A DNA stretch of 37,457 nt, taken from a virus. The notes below the pieces were generated by a model. That model had not been told where the DNA came from. It saw nothing but the letters and a program-made list of their open reading frames with translations, and did not search any database. This document shows, in pieces, positions 29,597 to 37,436 of this stretch (its first letter is position 1; every line of letters starts with the position of its first letter). The DNA lies in IMG/VR virus record IMGVR_UViG_3300037485_000776, positions 1-37,457 of that record. One strand, written 5' to 3'. The position numbers and the translations under genes are program-made.

Positions 29597-29618
29597 TTCA
29601 TTCTCCTGTAAAACTATA

Positions 29619-29646
29619 ATTATACACACTTAATCTATTAAATCAA
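29619..29646 (-). promoter_or_regulatory. Sigma70-like promoter
   Basis: Minus-sense TTGATT-16 nt-TATAAT, with AAGTGTG preceding the -10 box. Confidence 0.5.
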
Positions 29647-29869
29647 CCTGCCCTTTCAAATATTTTTTTCGGTGTAGCTCCCAACGCACAATTGTTAATT
29701 GCTGCGAGATAATCCTCCGCTGTCTTTCCAAGTCGTCTATTGTTGCTTGTAATGCGTCGAGTTCAGCCCGGTCGCCGTCGGGCGCAAAAAAAGCAATACC
29801 GTTTTGCCAAGCTCGTCTAAATTTTGATGCTGGAAAGTACAGTTTGAAAAACTCTTTGATGTCAGTCAT
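29630..29869 (-). CDS. Hypothetical protein (79 aa)
   Basis: Track ORF. Confidence 0.55.
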   Translation of the reverse strand: MTDIKEFFKLYFPASKFRRAWQNGIAFFAPDGDRAELDALQATIDDLERQRRIISQQLTIVRWELHRKKYLKGQVDLID

Positions 29870-30122
29870 TTTTTACCCCAATACCATGCGCCAACTCTAT
29901 GGCGCGGACATCGTTCACCGCGTCTGTGGTGGTTACAGCCGACAAATTTAGCTCTGCAATCTGCTCATACGTCAGCGGTTTGAGCGTCTTATCTTTTGCT
30001 CCAGCAGCGTAGGCATTGTTAAAGAAGCGTTCAAGCGAGCCGTCAAGCCTAAACTGTATTGACCCGGTTCCCGTCATGGCTCCGGCTTCTTGCGCTATGC
30101 GAATAATGTCGTCTTTAGTCAT
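29862..30122 (-). CDS. Hypothetical protein (86 aa)
   Basis: Track ORF. Confidence 0.55.
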   Translation of the reverse strand: MTKDDIIRIAQEAGAMTGTGSIQFRLDGSLERFFNNAYAAGAKDKTLKPLTYEQIAELNLSAVTTTDAVNDVRAIELAHGIGVKND

Positions 30123-30254
30123 TTATGCCCCCAATGCCTGAAAAATAGCCTGCACTTGCTCATAAGTCAGGCCAAAAGAAAGAATTAGCAAAGCCGCAAA
30201 AGACACGCCAGCCAGACCCCAGGTTATGCACTCCATTACAATGCGTCCTATCAT
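30123..30254 (-). CDS. Small membrane protein (43 aa)
   Basis: Hand-translated as MIGRIVMECITWGLAGVSFAALLILSFGLTYEQVQAIFQALGA. ATGA overlap upstream, and its stop abuts the next ATG. Confidence 0.45.
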   Translation of the reverse strand: MIGRIVMECITWGLAGVSFAALLILSFGLTYEQVQAIFQALGA

Positions 30255-30430
30255 CTTGCTTCCTCTCGTATGCGTCTTGCTGTTTTTTGTTCAATGTAGC
30301 GCGCAAATAGCTCCAAGTCATCGTAATTAGTCAAATCCATTTCGCGCCATTCTTCAAACTTTCCGACTAGGGACTTACCACTCCAAGAAATAGCGCCCGT
30401 TTTTGTATGGAAAAACACTTTTGCTTTCAT
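30251..30430 (-). CDS. Hypothetical protein (59 aa)
   Basis: Hand-translated as MKAKVFFHTKTGAISWSGKSLVGKFEEWREMDLTNYDDLELFARYIEQKTARRIREEAR. ATGA overlaps on both sides. Confidence 0.5.
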   Translation of the reverse strand: MKAKVFFHTKTGAISWSGKSLVGKFEEWREMDLTNYDDLELFARYIEQKTARRIREEAR

Positions 30431-30687
30431 TTATAACTCCTTGCTAAAATGTTGAAATTAGGCTCGCCTATCATTTGAATATGCACGTACTGATCATCTA
30501 GCGTGTTAACGACCCCCGCTTGTATCAGCTCCCCACCATGCACCCTATGTTCAAAGGTGCTTTCGTCATTGTCATCGGTCACTTCGAGAGATAAATACAC
30601 CTCGTCTGTCGGCCTTAGTTCACCTTGCGCAATTGCTTTTTGAGCTTTGTCTGCGATTTCAATGAGGTGTCTAACTGTAAATATCAT
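30427..30687 (-). CDS. Hypothetical acidic protein (86 aa)
   Basis: Track ORF. Confidence 0.55.
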   Translation of the reverse strand: MIFTVRHLIEIADKAQKAIAQGELRPTDEVYLSLEVTDDNDESTFEHRVHGGELIQAGVVNTLDDQYVHIQMIGEPNFNILARSYK

Positions 30688-30971
30688 TTTTCACCCCTTG
30701 CTTTAGCGATCGCGGAATCGCTGCGATCTAGGCTTGCTTGCGGTAACGGGTGGTTGTACGCGGCGCAAAGTTCACGAACTATTGCCGCAAGCTCGATATT
30801 GCACTCGTAATTGTCAGGCGCGGCCGCGATCAGGTCGGCGTTGGCCATACCTTCGCCGTCCACCGTGTCAAGGTGCGCGATTCCTCCGTTATGTGAGTAA
30901 ACGTGAATGTATCTGGTGCGCTCTGCCCGAACTGTCCGAATCATCCACCGTCCCGGTGTGTATTTGCTCAT
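30684..30971 (-). CDS. Hypothetical protein with YTPGRW ... ANADLIAAAPD motif (95 aa)
   Basis: ATG 30971 with SD GAGAGG. The track start at 31007 overlaps the upstream gene. Confidence 0.55.
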   Translation of the reverse strand: MSKYTPGRWMIRTVRAERTRYIHVYSHNGGIAHLDTVDGEGMANADLIAAAPDNYECNIELAAIVRELCAAYNHPLPQASLDRSDSAIAKARGEK

Positions 30972-30981
30972 TTTTCGCCTC

Positions 30982-31185
30982 TCAATCTCTATCGCCTGCG
31001 TCTTCATGCCGACAAGAAAAAGCTAACCTTTCTAAGTAGTCTTCACGTTGTCGTCTTCTTGCTTTGCGTAGCGTCTCATCATCAATCTCAATTAGATTTT
31101 TGCCGTGCAACCAAACAATATATGAAGGCTCTATTTCTATCACCTCTTCTATTGTTTTACCTTTGAATTTTCCAAATTCAATCAT
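30982..31185 (-). CDS. DUF3820-like small protein (67 aa)
   Basis: FGKFKGKTIEEVIEIEPSYIVWL matches the FGK.KGK...E....P.Y..WL signature as recalled. Confidence 0.55.
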   Translation of the reverse strand: MIEFGKFKGKTIEEVIEIEPSYIVWLHGKNLIEIDDETLRKARRRQREDYLERLAFSCRHEDAGDRD

Positions 31186-31364
31186 TTCACCCTCAACTCT
31201 TCTAATCTTTCCCGCAGGCAGTCAGTTAAATACGGGTAACTGGTCGTGCCAGCATTGCCCTCTAAAATGACCGAAACCAGTGTTTCTATGCTGTAATTGC
31301 CGAAGCCAGCAATTTCTATGCGCTCGTCTTTGAAAATTACTGCGTATTTGAATATGCTATTCAT
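31182..31364 (-). CDS. Hypothetical protein (60 aa)
   Basis: Track ORF with ATGA overlap. Confidence 0.5.
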   Translation of the reverse strand: MNSIFKYAVIFKDERIEIAGFGNYSIETLVSVILEGNAGTTSYPYLTDCLRERLEELRVK

Positions 31365-31605
31365 GATTCCACCCGTTCCATGCGTGTATGCGCTCTTGTT
31401 CTGCTTCTATTTTTGGCTGCCAGTAGCCATAAACTAATGCTTCAAGCGCCGCCGCGACATTCTCCGCGCCAGTGCCGTTGTTGTGGTACTGTTTCATTGC
31501 TTTAAGTAAACGCTCGGCTATTGCCTTGCGCTCTGGTGTCATCTGGTCGAAAAAAATCATTTCGCCAGTGGCTTCTGCAACATTGTGTCCGGTGTATGGG
31601 TTCAT
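31357..31605 (-). CDS. First early gene, hypothetical (82 aa)
   Basis: Track ORF with SD AGGAGA, about 20 nt downstream of the early promoter. Confidence 0.6.
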   Translation of the reverse strand: MNPYTGHNVAEATGEMIFFDQMTPERKAIAERLLKAMKQYHNNGTGAENVAAALEALVYGYWQPKIEAEQERIHAWNGWNHE

Positions 31606-31628
31606 ATAATCTCCTGTGAATGATTAGT

Positions 31629-31656
31629 ATTATACACACTCACAAAGACTATGCAA
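31629..31656 (-). promoter_or_regulatory. Early promoter (sigma70-like)
   Basis: Minus-sense TTGCAT-16 nt-TATAAT, immediately downstream of the late-operon terminator. Near-duplicate at 20936-20963. Confidence 0.65.
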
Positions 31657-31671
31657 GCACTTTTTTGTGGT

Positions 31672-31698
31672 AAAAAAAAACCCGGCACTAGGCCGGGC
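31672..31698 (-). terminator. Intrinsic terminator ending the late operon
   Basis: Minus-sense CCCGGC-ctagt-GCCGGG followed by T9. Confidence 0.8.
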
Positions 31699-31735
31699 GA
31701 ATTGCTGGACAGGCCAGCCAGGAGATAAACAAACT

Positions 31736-31879
31736 TTATTTCTGATGCTCTTTTTGCTCTATTTTTTTGGCAATGTACTCGGCAAACAATAAGCATGACG
31801 TATAAGTAACATATTCTTTTTTTTCAGTATCATACCACTCAAAAAAATGCTCTGCTTCTTGTTTAATAAATTCTTTCAT
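31736..31879 (-). CDS. Hypothetical small protein (47 aa), last gene of the late operon
   Basis: Hand-translated as MKEFIKQEAEHFFEWYDTEKKEYVTYTSCLLFAEYIAKKIEQKEHQK. ATGA overlap with the holin-like gene. Confidence 0.5.
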   Translation of the reverse strand: MKEFIKQEAEHFFEWYDTEKKEYVTYTSCLLFAEYIAKKIEQKEHQK

Positions 31880-32412
31880 TTTGACTGGCCTCTACTGACA
31901 AACCAGTAACCTATCACCGCACTAGCCTGCCCGGTTATCCAAGCGAAAGCCTGCATTGCGGCTTCATACCGTTGCTGAATGCTCAGGGTTTCCCAGCCAG
32001 CCCCTAAGCGTTCGACTAATAGCCAGTTTAAGTATAGCGCCATGCCGACGAGCAACAGCGTCAGGCTAGGCCGTATCAAGCGCCTGAAAGCGTCCGTTAA
32101 TATCAACAACCACGCCCAACCTCCAGCGCTTTTAACTGTCTCAGCGTCCAAATTATCCGCTGCGTGCGCTTGTCCGATAGCCGTCATTCTGGCTGATTCT
32201 ATGCTTCCCTCTGCCTCTGCGACGGCTACCTGCAACCTGCCCTCGGCTTCGACTTTTGCTAGTTCCCTGTCTTCTTTTCTCAGCTCAAGCTCGTGCGCTT
32301 GGTCAAGTTTTTTGATCTCAATGTCGGCTTTTTTATTCAGGAAAGCAAATATGCCACCAATCAGACTACCGACCGTGCTTGACCCCAAAATCGCTAAAAT
32401 TGCACTTAACAT
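31876..32412 (-). CDS. Holin-like membrane protein (178 aa)
   Basis: N-terminal TM (ILGSSTVGSLIGGIFAFL), a charged helical linker and two or three C-terminal TMs. Sits in the lysis cassette. The layout resembles 3-TM (GTA-type) holins. Confidence 0.5.
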   Translation of the reverse strand: MLSAILAILGSSTVGSLIGGIFAFLNKKADIEIKKLDQAHELELRKEDRELAKVEAEGRLQVAVAEAEGSIESARMTAIGQAHAADNLDAETVKSAGGWAWLLILTDAFRRLIRPSLTLLLVGMALYLNWLLVERLGAGWETLSIQQRYEAAMQAFAWITGQASAVIGYWFVSRGQSK

Positions 32413-32831
32413 ACAACCTCCAAAGTAAACGGCTTACCGCCAGCCCAATCCATCAGCTTTCTAAGTGCAGGGCGTGAAACAAGCCCCGCTTTCTGCATGC
32501 GACCATCGGGTATCTTGATTGCGCCAAGTCTCTCGCACGGGGCTATACAGCCGTGCAATTGCGTGACCCATCCCTTATTCACATCCCCGGCAAGATTCGA
32601 CGCATGTATTAAAATATGGTCTCTGCCCGGTACATTTCTCACCCCGTAAACTCGCCCGAATCGTGGGCTATTGACTAGTGCGCATTCATATGTACCCACC
32701 GGAATGCAGCTTACCCGTCTTTGATTGTCTCGCCACGGCAACTCAACCGTGTGCAATGTGTTGCCGCCAAACAACAAACGTCCAAACGTACCTTGCTCTG
32801 TACTCTGTCCGCGTTTGAGCGTGACTATCAT
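32406..32831 (-). CDS. DUF5675-like protein (141 aa), candidate cell-wall hydrolase
   Basis: GTFGRL....TVELPWRDN.RRVSCIPVGTYEC....SPRFGRVY.VRNVPGRDHILIHASN......GCI matches the DUF5675 pattern as recalled. ATG 32831 forms an ATGA overlap; the track start is TTG 32843. Confidence 0.6.
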   Translation of the reverse strand: MIVTLKRGQSTEQGTFGRLLFGGNTLHTVELPWRDNQRRVSCIPVGTYECALVNSPRFGRVYGVRNVPGRDHILIHASNLAGDVNKGWVTQLHGCIAPCERLGAIKIPDGRMQKAGLVSRPALRKLMDWAGGKPFTLEVVC

Positions 32832-32986
32832 CTGTCGATGCAAGAAGCCACGAGTTTATACTCTTTCGGCATGTCTTTTAACAGCTTGGCTTTAGCCAGT
32901 TCGCAGGTTTGTTGTGACCCGTGAACAGTAACAACAGGTTGCGTCATGGTTCCAGCAATGATAAAAAAGCTGATTAGATAAGTCAT
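32828..32986 (-). CDS. Small protein with hydrophobic N-terminus (52 aa)
   Basis: Hand-translated as MTYLISFFIIAGTMTQPVVTVHGSQQTCELAKAKLLKDMPKEYKLVASCIDR. ATGA overlaps on both sides. No lipobox Cys. Confidence 0.5.
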   Translation of the reverse strand: MTYLISFFIIAGTMTQPVVTVHGSQQTCELAKAKLLKDMPKEYKLVASCIDR

Positions 32987-33252
32987 TTTTCTACCTTCAC
33001 CAATCTTTGCTCAATTTGCACAATTTTAGCGTCCATGATCTGGTCTTTAACTTTTAGTTCCATGAGTTCTTTTGACATGGCTTGTTGAGTTTGCATAACC
33101 TCTTTTCCTAATCTCACTGCACTTTCCAATTGCGTTTTAAGGTCGGATGCTTGCCATCCGGCATAAAAAAGAGAAGATGCCACCACCCCAAAACCGCCTA
33201 TTAGCCAGGTTATTGGCACCTCGTAGCGTACAGTTAATCTTTGCTGTTCCAT
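32983..33252 (-). CDS. i-spanin-like protein: N-terminal TM plus coiled coil (89 aa)
   Basis: TM WLIGGFGVVASSLFYAGW followed by a heptad-like helix. Located in the lysis cassette. Confidence 0.45.
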   Translation of the reverse strand: MEQQRLTVRYEVPITWLIGGFGVVASSLFYAGWQASDLKTQLESAVRLGKEVMQTQQAMSKELMELKVKDQIMDAKIVQIEQRLVKVEK

Positions 33253-33686
33253 AATTCCCTTTTCCCACCCAAAGAGTATTCTAAATCAGCAGGACTAGGC
33301 ACTTCTTTGAAAGCGTAACGCCAGCCGTTTGCATTCAAATCATCAACAACCATCTCAGAACAAATCACGCCCCCGGCATTACGGGTACTTTTCCCGAAAA
33401 GATGGTAAATAGGTCTCAGACCAAATAGTATGTAATCAATTACTCCGTATCTAGCCTCGTCAGTGTCAAGTTTGTGGTCAAGGTATTCAGACGTGATAGA
33501 TACGGGCGCTTCGATTAAAACGGTTTTTTTATTGTTGTAAATAGACCACAGTCTACGGCGACGTATCAAGTTCATATCCCAGAAATGCAACTCATTCGTA
33601 AAGCCGACGTGATAGCACGTAGAACCAGTGAAAATCTTGGTCAGCGTGCTACTGGGCTTTTTGCCATAGATAAAAGCGATCTTCAT
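33234..33686 (-). CDS. Permuted NlpC/P60 (YiiX/C92-like) peptidase candidate (150 aa)
   Basis: His block TGSTCYHVGF precedes Cys block GGVICSEMVVDDL, the permuted order seen in the YaeF/YiiX family. Confidence 0.45.
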   Translation of the reverse strand: MKIAFIYGKKPSSTLTKIFTGSTCYHVGFTNELHFWDMNLIRRRRLWSIYNNKKTVLIEAPVSITSEYLDHKLDTDEARYGVIDYILFGLRPIYHLFGKSTRNAGGVICSEMVVDDLNANGWRYAFKEVPSPADLEYSLGGKRELWNSKD

Positions 33687-34183
33687 TATTCACCGTACAC
33701 CGGCGGCCAACCGCCACTAAAGTCGTAGTTTGCCGGGTCTGCGCTTGCTTCCATAGCTGCTTTGTGCGCTTCCCCTGCCAGGAATATAGCCCGGTCACTT
33801 TGCGAAGCTGCCGTTAAAATCTGCAGTGCCAAAGCCCAAGTCATCTCAATAAATGAGCCGTCCATAGTTTTCCACATAATGCCTGGCGGTACTGAACCAT
33901 TCAAAACATTCAGCCCTAGCTGTTGGCCACGACTGATAAGATCAGAGTGGAACCATTTGCCGCCAGCCTGATACCCGCCAGACAATGTGCGCCTTTCGCG
34001 CTCGGCTTTGATAGCTTCCCATTTCGCTGCTTTGATTTCAGCTATCGCATCAGCCGGTTCCGGCGTGTTGCCTTCGGCAAGCCATTCCTGATAGGAAGCA
34101 TAATCAGTATTGGCTGGGTCAGCCGGAATAAAAGCGCCGTCAGTGGTTCGTAGAATGCTGGATGTGTTGGTTAGTTTGTACAT
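33686..34183 (-). CDS. DUF4376-like protein (tail-fibre-associated, 165 aa)
   Basis: Directly after the tail fibre gene. ..[14 protein letters not shown]...GG......WFHSD..SR.Q.. matches the pattern as recalled for DUF4376. Confidence 0.5.
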   Translation of the reverse strand: MYKLTNTSSILRTTDGAFIPADPANTDYASYQEWLAEGNTPEPADAIAEIKAAKWEAIKAERERRTLSGGYQAGGKWFHSDLISRGQQLGLNVLNGSVPPGIMWKTMDGSFIEMTWALALQILTAASQSDRAIFLAGEAHKAAMEASADPANYDFSGGWPPVYGE

Positions 34184-35647
34184 TTATAGCTCCGCAGTTA
34201 AAGACTCAATACGGTTAATTAACGTTGCATAACCAGTAGTTGTTGATTCTAAAGAGCAACTAGCTGATGTTGTTGTTAAACCTAGAACTAACCCAGAGTA
34301 AGTCGTGTCCGGCGCTCTTACGTTGTTTGATGTTCCCGCTGTAACAACAGCTCTTGTCGGCGTGGCTCTCATTGCTACAGGAAACAAAGTTAGAGCGCTA
34401 ATTCGTTGATTAGCAACTAATGCGTATCCCGCAAGTTCCCCTATCGTATGCACTTGGTAATACCGCTGACACAGCGCCAACTCTACACCTAGAGGCGTGT
34501 AGTCATAAGCAGTAGCAAACGCCCCCGGTTCCAATTTTAGCCGCCCAATAGTCCATGTTCCGCTAGTTTGTGCCCCAACACTTAATTCGACTTCTATTCC
34601 AGTTGTTGCCGCCGCTGGAACGCTAATTTGGGCGCTGTATCTTGTTAAGGTTCCGGTAACGGTAAATGTTCCAGTTCCTATTTGTGTTCGCGTGGGTGAG
34701 GCTAATGTACCAAACGTATTATTAGTATTTGCACGCCAAGCCGTCCAAGTAACTGTCGTCAATAAACTATTAGCCAAGTCAACCGATAAAGTCGCCGTAG
34801 TTCCCGCCAAATCTTGAGAATTTGCGGCTTCAATCCTTTGGGCAAAACCAATTTTTGTAACGCTGGCTGCGCCTGTAAATTGGTAATTAAACTGATTAGG
34901 CGCGGTTCCAGCAACCTGCTGACCTGTTACGTTAGCGCCAGTACAGTATCCGTAGAACCTGTCAATACAATACGCTAACGCTGCGCCAGCCGTGAAAGTT
35001 TGAGCCGCGCCAGAATTGCGTTGGTCAATCGCCATTGCGCCATTTATGATCTTATTTCTAAATCCAGCAAATTGCGTGCCATTAAGTGAAACTGCATTTA
35101 TACCGCCATCTGCCCTTTGATACCCTAATACTCGCCACCCGTTAGCAGGCGTTCCATTTGGTACTACAATTGCACTATCACCCGCAGCCGTGGTTATGTT
35201 TGCTCCACCGGGTAGTATCAAAGTAGTCGCGTTGTGGGTAAGGGTCAGTGCTCCGTCAAATCTAAGGTAACGTGGGCCGTTGTAGTTTGTCCCGAAACTT
35301 GTAATTGTCGTCGTTCCGGTAATGTTGAGCAATACCGTGTTTTGTGCGCCAATGTCCGTAGTGGCGGCACTTGCCAAGTTAGCGGGTTGTCCTTGGCTGA
35401 AAAGCTGTTCCCACCGTAGTGAATCACCCGTTCCAGACCCCGCCGCCAGTCCGGTTATTTTGTTGTTTCCAGCGTTCAGGTTTCCCGTTATTGGCGTTTG
35501 ACCGTCTGCACTCAAAGACTGGTTAAGTGCTGCGGCTACGTCATTGATTAGGTTTTGCCAGTCTACCGCTGTAGCAGAAACACCGTTAGTTGCCGGGTTC
35601 CAGCTATTTGTGAGTAGGTTATAGGTTCCACTGCCGTTACGTGCCAT
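34184..35647 (-). CDS. Tail fibre protein (487 aa)
   Basis: The N-terminus MARNGSGTYNLLTNSWNPATNGVSATAVDWQNLINDVAAALNQSLSADGQTPITGNLNAGNNKITGLAAG is the common conserved tail-fibre N-terminal module. The remainder is T/G/A-rich and beta-like. Confidence 0.7.
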   Translation of the reverse strand: MARNGSGTYNLLTNSWNPATNGVSATAVDWQNLINDVAAALNQSLSADGQTPITGNLNAGNNKITGLAAGSGTGDSLRWEQLFSQGQPANLASAATTDIGAQNTVLLNITGTTTITSFGTNYNGPRYLRFDGALTLTHNATTLILPGGANITTAAGDSAIVVPNGTPANGWRVLGYQRADGGINAVSLNGTQFAGFRNKIINGAMAIDQRNSGAAQTFTAGAALAYCIDRFYGYCTGANVTGQQVAGTAPNQFNYQFTGAASVTKIGFAQRIEAANSQDLAGTTATLSVDLANSLLTTVTWTAWRANTNNTFGTLASPTRTQIGTGTFTVTGTLTRYSAQISVPAAATTGIEVELSVGAQTSGTWTIGRLKLEPGAFATAYDYTPLGVELALCQRYYQVHTIGELAGYALVANQRISALTLFPVAMRATPTRAVVTAGTSNNVRAPDTTYSGLVLGLTTTSASCSLESTTTGYATLINRIESLTAEL

Positions 35648-35750
35648 CTTGCTTTCCTTTACAATACGCCTATGGATTTTATTGACTTTTTAATCATCAA
35701 GCTCATTTTCTTTGCCATTTGCGCTTTCATATATCAGTTTTGGCGTTCAT

Positions 35751-37436
35751 TTACTGGGCGGCAATAACGGGTGCGCTTAATTGACCAGCGCGTAAAAGGT
35801 CAATTAGTAATTGATTCGGAATATTGCCTGAACTTGGCGCTATTTGATTAGCAAGTGCATTTTGTGCGCCTTTTCTGAACATTAAAGACCTAGAAGCCGC
35901 TCCGGTAGCATAAGGAAGCGCCGCCAATGCAAGCCCCGGTACTCCAGCACCAAGGCCGCCAACAGTTCCAAGACCAATAGAACCCATAGCCCTGAGATTA
36001 TGCGCCGCAGGGCTTCCCATTTGTTGACCAGCTTGGTTTATAGAAGGAAAAGCACTTGCAAATCTTCCAACTGTTTCAAGTTCTCCAGATAAGGGTTTTC
36101 CTTTTTCGTAAATTCTGCCAAGTACCCTAGCGTTTACTGTACCCGTTGCCTCATTCAAAGCTCGTTCTACAGTGTAAGTTTTCGCAATTTGTTTTCTTGC
36201 TTCTCTAAGCGCCGGGATTAAATCTTCTTTGCCAGCTTGAGCAGCATAATTTTCAAGGTTATTTTCTAATGTATTAGCCATATCCCTGAAGTTTTTGGCT
36301 TTTAGCAAATCATCAGGGCTTGCCGATCTATTGTAAGCATTGAACCAGCCTTGAGCATCATTTCTGGCCTGTTTCAATAACTCTAAGTCAATTTTAGCTT
36401 GGTCGGATATAGACGCAACTTCTGCATACGCTTTTCCGGCTGTTGATCGTAGTTTTTCTAGCGTTCCTTTTGTTAAAGGCATATCATCAGGCAAACCCAA
36501 AGCGCTACGTGTTAATTTTTCCGTTATATCTTGATTTTTTACCGAAGCCAATTGTGATGTGGCTTGTTTTCCAGAAAAAGATTCAATTAGTGCATTTTTT
36601 GTTGATGGGTTTACTAAGTTAGGAGGAACAACATAACCAGCATCTATTGCAGCTTTTACAGTTTCACGCATTGGCAATTCACGTTCAAATTTTGCCAATT
36701 TTTCAGCATTTTTTGCGGCAGCTTTCTGCCCCAAATAAGAACCAGCCGCCCCTGTTGCCCTACTAACCACCGGAATAGCAGCACTAATAACCCCCGCCGT
36801 TCCCGCATCTTCGGGGTTAATCATTCCCCCCGCCAGTGCGCCAGTTGTTCCTGCCGCTCCTGCCCTCAAAGCTAAATTAGCGGCTTTTGCTCCAGTAGTA
36901 ACAGGGGCAGCACCAGTTGTCATGCCTGACGTTCTTAATGCGTTTATTAGAGCGGGAGCGCGTGAAGCCACACCGGGTATCATTCCAAGACCTTTGGCAA
37001 GCGCACTACCAGCGCCAGCGGTTCCCGCTATTTCAGTGCCTATTTTCCCGACTTGGAAAGCCGCTGATTCCGGGTCTGCGCCCATTGATCGCAAACCTTC
37101 TTCTATTGCTTGTCTGCGTTCAGGGTTTCCAATAGATTGAGTATTTCCCGCTAGCAAATCATAAGGGGTCAGCAATGTAGCGCCAATTGAGCCAGCACCA
37201 CGAACCGCCCCCGCCGCAAGGTTTGCTTTTTCAGCTACAGAACGTCGAGCATAATCAGCAACACCTTTGCCTAGTCTTTGTAATAGGCTAGGTTCTTGGG
37301 TTGCTTGTGGTGTTTGTGGAGCTTGTGGCGTTTGATTCCTTGCGGCTTTATAAGCAGCAGCAACAGTTTCAAACTCAGGCGTACCTTGTTTGTCCTGATT
37401 TTCGACTATCCACTGAGCGTATTTTTCTGCGCTCAT
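35751..37436 (-). CDS. Putative internal virion / ejection protein (561 aa)
   Basis: Track ORF. Its start overlaps the stop of the 499-aa gene across the circular junction. G/A-rich hydrophobic segments and a TPQ(A/T) microrepeat near the N-terminus. Confidence 0.55.
   Translation of the reverse strand: MSAEKYAQWIVENQDKQGTPEFETVAAAYKAARNQTPQAPQTPQATQEPSLLQRLGKGVADYARRSVAEKANLAAGAVRGAGSIGATLLTPYDLLAGNTQSIGNPERRQAIEEGLRSMGADPESAAFQVGKIGTEIAGTAGAGSALAKGLGMIPGVASRAPALINALRTSGMTTGAAPVTTGAKAANLALRAGAAGTTGALAGGMINPEDAGTAGVISAAIPVVSRATGAAGSYLGQKAAAKNAEKLAKFERELPMRETVKAAIDAGYVVPPNLVNPSTKNALIESFSGKQATSQLASVKNQDITEKLTRSALGLPDDMPLTKGTLEKLRSTAGKAYAEVASISDQAKIDLELLKQARNDAQGWFNAYNRSASPDDLLKAKNFRDMANTLENNLENYAAQAGKEDLIPALREARKQIAKTYTVERALNEATGTVNARVLGRIYEKGKPLSGELETVGRFASAFPSINQAGQQMGSPAAHNLRAMGSIGLGTVGGLGAGVPGLALAALPYATGAASRSLMFRKGAQNALANQIAPSSGNIPNQLLIDLLRAGQLSAPVIAAQ

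Noticed and set aside
20936-31656. Reading the conserved GTGTGTATAAT / TTGTGTAGAAT as an extended -10 (TGnTATAAT) promoter element.
   Set aside because: The register is off by one: the sequence is T-G-T-G-TATAAT, not TG-n-TATAAT. I therefore call only the -35 and -10 hexamers with 16-nt spacing, and treat the shared GTG as unexplained conservation.
31602-31796. 64-aa minus-strand ORF in the late/early intergenic region.
   Set aside because: It spans the intrinsic terminator (31672-31698) and the early promoter (31629-31656). Its sequence looks like translated non-coding DNA.
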